A DNA stretch of 64,000 nucleotides from Clostridia bacterium (GTDB taxonomy: Bacteria > Bacillota > Clostridia > Christensenellales > DTU072), in NCBI GenBank assembly GCA_035381305.1, contig DAOSYK010000005.1:9534-73533 (forward strand), read 5' to 3'. How positions within the stretch are numbered: position 1 is the stretch's first letter; each line of letters opens with the position of its first letter. A model generated the notes under the pieces. The model saw only the letters and a list, made by a program, of their open reading frames with translations. It had not been told where the DNA came from and made no database searches. Positions 56,598 to 64,000 of the stretch are shown piece after piece. A program made the translations under genes and the position numbers.

Positions 56598-57620
56598 ATG
56601 GGAAACGGCAGAAAAACACTCAGTCCGAGTATGGTGCTGACGATAATCTTTATGGCAATTATGGTTGTCGCCAATGTCACCGCCTGGACGATAATTATGA
56701 ACAAGGTCGATGAAAAACTGGAAAACGCGGCGGCGGGAAACGTGCTGACGCTGGACGCCGACACCCGAAGCGAGATAGTAACCAATGCCGCAGATCAGCT
56801 GACCGACAAGGTAAAAGAGAGCGTCGAGGACAGTCTTCAGCAGAGAATTGCGAGGGAATACTATCTCCCCGAAGACTATACCAATCCCGGACTGTATGTC
56901 GGCAGTCAGAACCTCTACAACGTGATTGAACTCACCTGCAGCGGCAGGCAGAAGACGGGTCCCAATGACAGCGGCACCGACTACAATGTCTTCAGCCGCG
57001 CAACGGGCACCATAATAAGCAGCGACGGATATGTGATAACAAACGCCCACGTCGTCACCTTTGAGAACTACAATTATACGGCGAGCAACATAGGACCTTT
57101 TATCCAGTATTACAGGACGTCCTATTCCGATATTTTCCCGAGCATCGTCGGCAAGTTTGCCAGGCACAGCGCGCAGTATACCTTTGAGGTAGTCGCCTGC
57201 GACACGACTAAGGACCTTGCCCTCATAAAGATAAAAGAGGCCGTCCCCGCGGACTTGTGGAAGACGGCGACGCTGACAAATTCTACTCTTGTGCAGATGG
57301 GCGAGGAAGTGATAGCACTTGGAAACGCGCAGGGCTACGGCATTAACATGACTTACGGAATAGTAAGCAAGTACGCTTTTTACGACGAGGACTATACCGA
57401 GTACCTCATCCAGACCGACGCGGCGATAAACCCCGGCAACTCGGGCGGCGCGCTCTACAACGTGCGCGGCGAGATAGTGGGAATAAATTCGGCAAAAATC
57501 GTTGGTAACGAAATTGAGGGCATGGGGTTTGCCATCGCGAGCAACTCGGTAAAGACCTTTATCGACGCGGTTGCCGCCGAAAAGGGCATAACCGTGCACT
57601 ACGACTATAGGGCGGAGTGA
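56598..57620 (+). CDS. membrane-anchored trypsin-like serine protease (S1C/HtrA-like, no PDZ)
   Basis: N-terminal TM. Catalytic triad contexts GYVITNAHVV, KDLALIKI and TDAAINPGNSGGAL. Confidence 0.88.
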   Translation: MGNGRKTLSPSMVLTIIFMAIMVVANVTAWTIIMNKVDEKLENAAAGNVLTLDADTRSEIVTNAADQLTDKVKESVEDSLQQRIAREYYLPEDYTNPGLYVGSQNLYNVIELTCSGRQKTGPNDSGTDYNVFSRATGTIISSDGYVITNAHVVTFENYNYTASNIGPFIQYYRTSYSDIFPSIVGKFARHSAQYTFEVVACDTTKDLALIKIKEAVPADLWKTATLTNSTLVQMGEEVIALGNAQGYGINMTYGIVSKYAFYDEDYTEYLIQTDAAINPGNSGGALYNVRGEIVGINSAKIVGNEIEGMGFAIASNSVKTFIDAVAAEKGITVHYDYRAE

Positions 57621-60545
57621 TTATTTGAGTAAAATCGTTTTTATCTCATAGGGTGAAAACCTGACGTTATTAAGGTTTGTCTGCTCAATGGGATTTTCGA
57701 GCATATCGCATTCGTAAGCATAGATGAAGGGGAAATCGACGCTGATTCCGGCGGAGGTTTCCCTTCCTTCGTTTTCAAAGGCGCGTAAAATATATCCGCC
57801 GTTTTCAGCGGGCTTTATCGTTTCGATTATTATATTAACTTCTTCGCACTTGGCAAGGCTCTTGAAAACGAGGTCGCCTTTAACAAACTTAAGAGGGTTG
57901 TCGAAAGCGTAAGCGACCTGGGCGACATTGCCCGAAAACGCGTCGCCGTTGTGGGGGTAAAAGGCATAAGAAAACTTATGCACGCCCCTGTCGGCGGTCG
58001 GGTCAGGGAAGACGGGGGAACGAAGCAGATTTAGGCTTATATTGCCGTCCTTTGCTCTGTAGCCGTACTTGACGGGCGCAAGAAGTGCCGTCCCGTAAGA
58101 GCCGTTTGACACGTCAAGGTACTTGTGTGCGCACACCTCGAGTTGTCCTTTTTCAATTTCGGTCTCGCATTTTGTGCTCCTCTCGATATTGCCCATCTGT
58201 ATGCCGCAGATTGCTTTGTTTCCGTACTCGGCGGGGAAGAAATCCGCGCGGAGCATTTTGTGCTTTTCGTGCCAGCGCACAATGGTTTCGAACACGACAA
58301 TGGGCGAGTTTATGGTCAGAATGATTTTTTGCACTATGGAGCTTTTGCCTATTTTGTATACGTTTTTCCTTACCACAGACGCTCCGTCGACGTAATAGGA
58401 AAAGGACACAAGTCCGGGCAGGGTGATTTTTTTCTTGTAATACCCGTAGTCTATGTCGCAGGCGTTCCAGAATCTTCTCTTATCCTTATATAGAGTGAGG
58501 CGGTTTAGGGCGTTTGCGCAAAACTCCTTGTTGGTGAACTTATTGACAAGGGAAACTATTGTGCCTTTTTTGTCAAAGGTCACTGCGAGCAGGTCGTTTG
58601 AGATAAAGCATTCGCCGCAGGAGAGAAGAGCGGGCGGAATTTCCTTAACGCTGACCTTTTTTGCCGAATACGGCTCGAGGTCGGCATAGACCCAGCCGTT
58701 TATTGTGCGAAAATATCCTTTTTGCCTTACGGGGGAGAGGTTGACTGCCGATAACGCGCGGGTATCCTTAATAAGATGCTTCGCGTTTTCCCCAATAAAG
58801 CTCTTTATCCCGGCGAGAAGCTTTTTGTACCTTTCGGCGCTCTCTTTATGGACATCCTGACACGACGAGCCGGGGAGAATGTCGTGAAATTGCTCTTTTA
58901 GCGCGTCTTTCCAGAGTTTTTCGGCGCGGGCAAAGTCGTAGGGCATGCCTTTCTTCAAGCAAAGCGCCCCGATAAGCTCCATTTCGTGAAGAAGGTTTTC
59001 GCAAACGCGGTTGAGCTTTTTCTGCGCCGCTTGAACGGTGTAAGTGCCCTGATGAGCCTCGAGATACAATTCGCCTTTGTATACGGGCAGGTTTTCCTTA
59101 TCCCGGCTTAGTTCGGCAAAGAATTCTCCCGCCGTGCGCTGTATTACCGAGGGATAACCTTTAAGCGACTTTGCTCTCTCGGCCATTTCGAGGTGGATTT
59201 CGTGCGCGCCGCCTCCGCCGTCGCCGCTCCCGAACGGCATAAGAATGCTTTTCGCGTTACTATCGGCAAGACGAAGCGCTTTTTTAATCGAGAAGGGTGC
59301 GATGTCGCTTGCGTAATTCCCTTCGGGCGGGATATGCGCCACGACCTCGGACGAGTCTATACCCTGCCACACAAAGGATGTGTGGGGAAATCTGTTGAGT
59401 TGGTTCCAGGTTAGTTTCACCGTCATGAAGAAGTCGAGTCCGCACTTTTTGAGTATCTGGGGGAGGGATGCCGAAAAGCCGAACGAGTCGGGCAGCCAGC
59501 ACACTTTGGGCTCAAACCCGAATTCCTCTTTGAAAAACTTCTTGCCGTAATATATCTGTCTTATCAGGCTCTCGCCGCTCGTAAGATTAACGTCGGGCTC
59601 CGTCCACATGCCGCCGAGAGGCTCGAGCCGACCTTGGGCGGCCTTCTCTTTTATCTTCTCATACAACGCGGGGTAACTCTGTTTTACAAAGAGATATTCA
59701 ACCGGCTGGCTTGCGCCGAAAATGTAGGACGGGTACTTTTCGAGGTTGTAAATCTGCCGCGAAAAAGTCCGACCTGCCTTTCTGACTGTTTCGTCGATGT
59801 TCCACAGCCACGCAAGGTCGAGGTGGGCGTGCCCGAGGGCGGTGACCGTCACAGAACTATCATTTGCATCTGCAAATGCTTCTTTGAGAACTGCGCGCGC
59901 GGCGGCGGCGTCTTTGCGGTATAATCGGTATAACTTGTCGAGCATACGGGTCAATCGGTTTTTATCCTGCCTGCTCTCGGCAGCCTGCAGGGCAAAATAC
60001 ACCGTGAGATAGTCGAAATAGAAGTCTTTTATATCGGGGTTTACCGAAAACAAGAAAGCCTTGCCGAGTTTTGCCTTGCCAAAGCTTCTGCCCAACAGCC
60101 CGTTGTTGGAAACTTCCGCCCATAGGTCGAGAACGTTGTTTTCAAAACAGGACTTGGGCAGGGCAAATGCCTTGCGGCCAATCGGAGAGGGAAATGCGTC
60201 GATAAATGAGCTTATGGTATTAACCGCGCCGACGGGAGTGCCCGAGGCGTCAAAGATTGTGCCCTCGCCGCGGATGCCGAGATGTACGTAGGTGTTTTCG
60301 GGGTCGCTTTCGGCGGGGATTACGCCCGTAAGGTGCAACCACGCGTGGCCGCCTTTTGCGCAAAGTGCCTGACCGCGTTTTGCGGGTTCATATTCAAGCT
60401 CGGGTCTTTCGTGAAAGGAGCGGGGACGAGCGGACAAGGCAACCTCGATGTCGAAATGACCGACAATTTTTACCGCCTTGTTTTTAATACTTATCAGCCG
60501 TAAAAGGTGGTTTACACCGCTTGCCGCTTTTACATATTCGTCCAT
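57621..60545 (-). CDS. GH38 alpha-mannosidase
   Basis: GHAHLDLAWLW, DSFGFSASLPQIL and QFHDILPGSS. ATG 60545 is preferred (GAGGGG RBS) over the track start at 60593. Confidence 0.9.
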   Translation of the reverse strand: MDEYVKAASGVNHLLRLISIKNKAVKIVGHFDIEVALSARPRSFHERPELEYEPAKRGQALCAKGGHAWLHLTGVIPAESDPENTYVHLGIRGEGTIFDASGTPVGAVNTISSFIDAFPSPIGRKAFALPKSCFENNVLDLWAEVSNNGLLGRSFGKAKLGKAFLFSVNPDIKDFYFDYLTVYFALQAAESRQDKNRLTRMLDKLYRLYRKDAAAARAVLKEAFADANDSSVTVTALGHAHLDLAWLWNIDETVRKAGRTFSRQIYNLEKYPSYIFGASQPVEYLFVKQSYPALYEKIKEKAAQGRLEPLGGMWTEPDVNLTSGESLIRQIYYGKKFFKEEFGFEPKVCWLPDSFGFSASLPQILKKCGLDFFMTVKLTWNQLNRFPHTSFVWQGIDSSEVVAHIPPEGNYASDIAPFSIKKALRLADSNAKSILMPFGSGDGGGGAHEIHLEMAERAKSLKGYPSVIQRTAGEFFAELSRDKENLPVYKGELYLEAHQGTYTVQAAQKKLNRVCENLLHEMELIGALCLKKGMPYDFARAEKLWKDALKEQFHDILPGSSCQDVHKESAERYKKLLAGIKSFIGENAKHLIKDTRALSAVNLSPVRQKGYFRTINGWVYADLEPYSAKKVSVKEIPPALLSCGECFISNDLLAVTFDKKGTIVSLVNKFTNKEFCANALNRLTLYKDKRRFWNACDIDYGYYKKKITLPGLVSFSYYVDGASVVRKNVYKIGKSSIVQKIILTINSPIVVFETIVRWHEKHKMLRADFFPAEYGNKAICGIQMGNIERSTKCETEIEKGQLEVCAHKYLDVSNGSYGTALLAPVKYGYRAKDGNISLNLLRSPVFPDPTADRGVHKFSYAFYPHNGDAFSGNVAQVAYAFDNPLKFVKGDLVFKSLAKCEEVNIIIETIKPAENGGYILRAFENEGRETSAGISVDFPFIYAYECDMLENPIEQTNLNNVRFSPYEIKTILLK

Positions 60546-60627
60546 AATCTGCCCCTCAGAAATTGTATGTCTTTTATACTCAAAGTATATCATTTTGGGG
60601 TGTAAAAAGCAACGGACGAGGAAAGGA

Positions 60628-60658
60628 CACGTTTTTCGTAAATACCTTGAAAAACGTG
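60628..60658. promoter_or_regulatory. 10-bp perfect inverted repeat in divergent GH38 / Lrp intergenic region
   Basis: cacgtttttc (60628-60637), 11 nt, gaaaaacgtg (60649-60658). Confidence 0.3.
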
Positions 60659-60830
60659 CGAAAAAAAATTTACCGAAAAAAGGAAAGGTTTTTCGCGCTC
60701 CACTGCAAATTTTTTGCTTTTTTATTATCCAGCCGTAAAATTTAAGATTTTTTGCGGGAATATATTTACTTTCTTTCCTCGTTCCGCTAAAATGAAACTG
60801 TATATCGGTTATTCGGGGAGGAACGGTTTT

Positions 60831-61292
60831 TTGGATTCAACTGACATAAAAATACTCAATTGTCTGAGCAACAACGCAAGGATGAATTCCTCGGAAATTG
60901 CCGAAAGGGTCAATCTGTCGGTTTCCGCCGTCATTGAGCGCATAAAGAAGCTGGAATCAGGCGGTGTAATCAAGAAATATACCGTGATTCTTGACAATGC
61001 GGCGCTCGGAAAGGATGTCTCTGCGATGATGTTTGTCAGCATGGAAAATCCCAAGTTTAACACAGGCTTCGAGAACATGGTAAAAGCTCATACACAGATT
61101 ACCGAATGCCATTATCTCGCGGGGGACTTCGACTATCTTCTCAAGATAGTCACGACCAACACCAGCGCGCTCGAAAGGGTCTTGAACGACATCAAGGGTG
61201 TGGCGGGAGTGTCCAAAACAAGGACGATGATAATACTATCCGACATCAAGCAGGAGTACACAACTCAGCTCGGAACGACAATTAAAAAATAA
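60831..61292 (+). CDS. Lrp/AsnC family transcriptional regulator
   Basis: LDSTDIKILNCLSNNARMNSSEIAERVNLSVSAVIERIKKLESGGVIKKY. TTG 60831 follows GGGGAGGAA. In-frame ATGs lie upstream at 60792 and 60714 (track). Confidence 0.85.
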   Translation: MDSTDIKILNCLSNNARMNSSEIAERVNLSVSAVIERIKKLESGGVIKKYTVILDNAALGKDVSAMMFVSMENPKFNTGFENMVKAHTQITECHYLAGDFDYLLKIVTTNTSALERVLNDIKGVAGVSKTRTMIILSDIKQEYTTQLGTTIKK

Positions 61293-61329
61293 TTTCCATT
61301 AATTAATATAAAAAAATCAGGAGGCATTT

Positions 61330-62490
61330 ATGATAATAGGTATTCCCAAGGAAATTATGCATGATGAAAGGCGCGTCGCCGCCATACCCGAAACGGTGGC
61401 AAGCATGGTAAAAGACGGTCATACCGTACTTTTTGAAAAGGGCGCGGGACTCGGCTCTTTCTACGCCGACGAACTTTACGCTCAGGCGGGCGCAAAACTC
61501 GTTGAAAACGTAGCCGAGATATTCGACACCGCCGAGGTTATCCTCAAGGTTAAGGAGCCGCTCTTTAACGAGAAACTCGGCAAACACGAAGTTGACCTTA
61601 TGCATACAGGTCAGTACATCATCACGTTTATTCACCCCGCCAGCCCCGTTAACCACGAAATGGTCAAGAAGATGGCGGCAAACGGCATAATCGGCCTTAC
61701 CCTCGACGGAATACCGCGTATATCAAGAGCCCAGAGCATGGACGCTCTCTCCTCTATGAGCACCTGCGCAGGATATAAAGGAATGATTATGGCGGCTGAC
61801 ACCATCAGCAAGTTTATGCCCATGATAGGCAGCGCGGTCGGCATGATTAAACCCAGCACCGTGTTTGTTGTAGGTACGGGCGTAGCGGGACTCCGCGCGG
61901 TAGCTACCGCAAAGGCCCTCGGGGCAGTAGTTTATTCGGCAGACATCCGTCCCGACGCCAACGAGCAGGCAATGAGCCTCGGCGCAAAGATAATCGAGAC
62001 CGGCGTTCCGAAAGAAATCGCCGTCAGCCCCGACGGAAAGCACGCCAACAAGCTTCCCGAGGAGTGGCTCAAAGTAGAGAGAGAGCACTTGGCCGACATA
62101 GTTTCCAAGGCCGACATTATCTTCTGCTCGGCACTCCTGCTCGGCAAGAAGGCACCCATACTTCTCACCGAAGATATGGTTAAGACTATGAAGCCCGGCT
62201 CCACGATAATCGATATATCGATAGACCAAGGCGGAAACTGCGAAATCACTCCCGCAGGAAAAATCGAAGCTAAGCACGGCGTGGTAATTCAGGGTATAAA
62301 GAACATACCCGGCATGCTGCCCACCAGCTCCACCTGGATGTTCGCAAACAATATCTACAACCTTCTCAAGTACCTTGTCAAGGACAACAAGATAGCACTC
62401 GACAGAAACGACGAAATCGTCAGCGGAATACTCACCACCTTCGACGGCGAAGTTGTTCATGCCGGAGCAAGAGAAGCAATGGGCATTTAA
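61330..62490 (+). CDS. pntA: NAD(P) transhydrogenase subunit alpha part 1
   Basis: MIIGIPKEIMHDERRVAAIPETV, with Rossmann motif VFVVGTGVAGLRAVATAKALGA. Confidence 0.92.
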   Translation: MIIGIPKEIMHDERRVAAIPETVASMVKDGHTVLFEKGAGLGSFYADELYAQAGAKLVENVAEIFDTAEVILKVKEPLFNEKLGKHEVDLMHTGQYIITFIHPASPVNHEMVKKMAANGIIGLTLDGIPRISRAQSMDALSSMSTCAGYKGMIMAADTISKFMPMIGSAVGMIKPSTVFVVGTGVAGLRAVATAKALGAVVYSADIRPDANEQAMSLGAKIIETGVPKEIAVSPDGKHANKLPEEWLKVEREHLADIVSKADIIFCSALLLGKKAPILLTEDMVKTMKPGSTIIDISIDQGGNCEITPAGKIEAKHGVVIQGIKNIPGMLPTSSTWMFANNIYNLLKYLVKDNKIALDRNDEIVSGILTTFDGEVVHAGAREAMGI

Positions 62491-62537
62491 TTATCCCGAT
62501 TGATATCCAAACCAAAATAATGCCATAAAGACTGAAG

Positions 62538-62570
62538 ATTATTGCCGTCACACAGGTTGACGGCAATAAT
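62538..62570 (+). repeat. 13-bp perfect inverted repeat between pntAA and pntAB
   Basis: attattgccgtca (62538-62550), loop cacaggt, tgacggcaataat (62558-62570). No T-run follows. Confidence 0.85.
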
Positions 62571-62588
62571 TAAAACGGAGGTAAATTT

Positions 62589-62909
62589 ATGACACTGATG
62601 CAGGGAATTTTACTGATTGTTTTTGCGGCGGCCACAGTTATAGGCTACCTGCTTATCAACAATGTTCCCAGTCTTCTGCACACGCCCCTTATGTCGGGCA
62701 TGAACGCGCTAAGCGGAGTTACGGTACTGGGCGCAATTATCGCGACAGACCTCGCGGTAAGGCTGACTGTCTCGGGCTCCAAGATAGTGGGCGCGATATT
62801 CGGCGGCCTTGCCATCGCCCTTGCCATGATTAACGTGGCGGGCGGTTTTACCGTGACTGACAGAATGCTGAAGATGATAGTCAAAAAGAAGAAAGGAGGG
62901 CATATCTGA
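62589..62909 (+). CDS. NAD(P) transhydrogenase subunit alpha part 2
   Basis: 106 aa, three TMs. HTPLMSGMNALSGVTVLGA is the conserved PntAB motif. Confidence 0.9.
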   Translation: MTLMQGILLIVFAAATVIGYLLINNVPSLLHTPLMSGMNALSGVTVLGAIIATDLAVRLTVSGSKIVGAIFGGLAIALAMINVAGGFTVTDRMLKMIVKKKKGGHI

Positions 62910-64000
62910 TGAGCGACATAGTATATTATTTAATTTGCGCCGCTCTTGCCCTTCTCGTCCTGTTGGGCATATACCTCATGAGCAAGGTCAAGTTCTCGAG
63001 GATCGGAAACGGAGTATCGGCTATTGCCATGCTCGCGGGAATAATCGTCGTACTTATTAAGTATAAGGTTTTCAATCCCATTGACCCGTTAAGTATAACC
63101 ATACTGTTTGTAGGGCTTGCAATAGGCTCGGTCGTCGGTTTGATCTTTAGCGTAAAAGTCAAGATGATTCAGATGCCCCAGATGGTCGCGCTCCTTAACG
63201 GACTCGGCGGAGCCGCCAGCGCCATCGTGGGCGCGCTGTCTCTTGCTTACAGCGGAAACGGCCCCCGGTTTGTGGCGGGAGACGACCCGTTCTCCCTCGC
63301 AACAAGTGCCCTTGCCATTTCGGTAGGTATGATTACCCTTATCGGCAGTCTTATCGCCGCGGGCAAACTGCATAGAATTCTGCCCCAGAAACCGATAGTA
63401 GTAAAAGGACATCAGCTTCTGACTACGTTATCGCTTGTATTAACGCTCATAGTGTGCGTGCTTTCTGCCGTACTCTATCCCTTAAACGTAATGCCTATGA
63501 AGTTTATGTGGATACTGATCCTTGTAAACTTTGTTGTTTCGGGTGCGTTCGGCGCGTTGTTCAGCATGAGAGTGGGCGGTGCAGATATGCCCATTACCAT
63601 TTCTTTGCTTAACAGCCTCAGCGGCGTCGCGGGAGCCATCGCGGGTCTTGCGATAAACGACTTGCTCCTTGTCGCTGTAGGCGGAATAGTCGGCGCAAGC
63701 GGATTATTGCTTACAAGAATAATGTGCAAGGCGATAAACCGCAGTCTCTCCGACATACTGCTCGGCAAGACCTCGGCAAAGCCTTCTCATGCTCCCAAAG
63801 CCGAGGATAAGAATGTCGAACAGGCGGCTGAAGTAAAAGAGGAGATAAAGGAAGCGGTCAATCCCGCGCTTATCCTTGCCAAAGCTAAAGACGTAATCAT
63901 CGTCCCCGGCTACGGCATGGCCATAGCTCAGGCGCAGCACCTTGTAAAGAGACTTGCCGACAAGCTCGAAAAGGGCGGAGCCAAAGTGAGATACGCCATT
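62909..64000 (+). CDS. pntB: NAD(P) transhydrogenase subunit beta, 3' end outside window
   Basis: Not in the ORF track (no stop inside the window). The ATG overlaps the pntAB stop (TGATG). Polytopic N-terminal domain, then VIIVPGYGMAIAQAQH. The frame is open to base 64000. Confidence 0.92.
   Translation, partial: MSDIVYYLICAALALLVLLGIYLMSKVKFSRIGNGVSAIAMLAGIIVVLIKYKVFNPIDPLSITILFVGLAIGSVVGLIFSVKVKMIQMPQMVALLNGLGGAASAIVGALSLAYSGNGPRFVAGDDPFSLATSALAISVGMITLIGSLIAAGKLHRILPQKPIVVKGHQLLTTLSLVLTLIVCVLSAVLYPLNVMPMKFMWILILVNFVVSGAFGALFSMRVGGADMPITISLLNSLSGVAGAIAGLAINDLLLVAVGGIVGASGLLLTRIMCKAINRSLSDILLGKTSAKPSHAPKAEDKNVEQAAEVKEEIKEAVNPALILAKAKDVIIVPGYGMAIAQAQHLVKRLADKLEKGGAKVRYAI

Noticed and set aside
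60478-60745. Small + strand ORFs 60478-60738 and 60563-60745 in the GH38/Lrp intergenic region.
   Set aside because: They start inside or antisense to the GH38 5' end and run through A/T-rich promoter DNA. The translations are K/F-rich low complexity.

Overview
This 64-kb chromosomal window looks like it comes from a Clostridia-type Firmicute. Supporting signs are the sporulation genes yabP/yabQ, PFOR, a dockerin module and Gram-positive sigma-A promoters. Most genes are roughly 55-60% GC by hand counts, with lower-GC patches.

Recognisable content, in order:
- the 3' part of glnS
- acpP and the rpmG-secE-nusG-rplKA-rplJL cluster
- rplI, a DUF1540 gene, a fused ispDF and an S4 gene, all lying between rplL and rpoBC
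- metK, recD2 and comFC
- a heterodimeric ABC exporter with one degenerate ATP site
- PFOR (nifJ)
- glycosidases: one six-hairpin-like, one GH20, one GH38
- lepB
- a HisKA_3/NarL two-component system next to a membrane-anchored serine hydrolase
- yabPQ and an HtrA-like protease
- an Lrp regulator followed by pntAA-pntAB-pntB (3' end cut by the window)

I recognised no rRNA, tRNA, CRISPR array, transposase or integrase.

The ORF track misses four real genes or gene parts: rpmG (49 aa), a 59-aa glycine-zipper ORF, the open-ended pntB, and the 5' part of glnS.

Most unusual content:
1. An eight-gene same-strand array (1734-8614). Six proteins share a 4-TM C-terminal module I cannot assign to a family. 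Five carry a conserved peptide motif, VQPIA(I/L)VPY..QPLxQY, in otherwise unrelated low-complexity N-terminal regions. Two small proteins have the motif but no membrane module.
2. A tightly coupled pair of paralogous large membrane proteins (40224-43182).
3. An M6-type metalloprotease with Ig-like repeats and a C-terminal dockerin. It is translationally coupled to a lipoprotein whose C-terminal beta-rich domain could be the matching cohesin (43315-47003).

All family assignments rest on motifs read by eye. No database search, HMM, folding or statistics were run.
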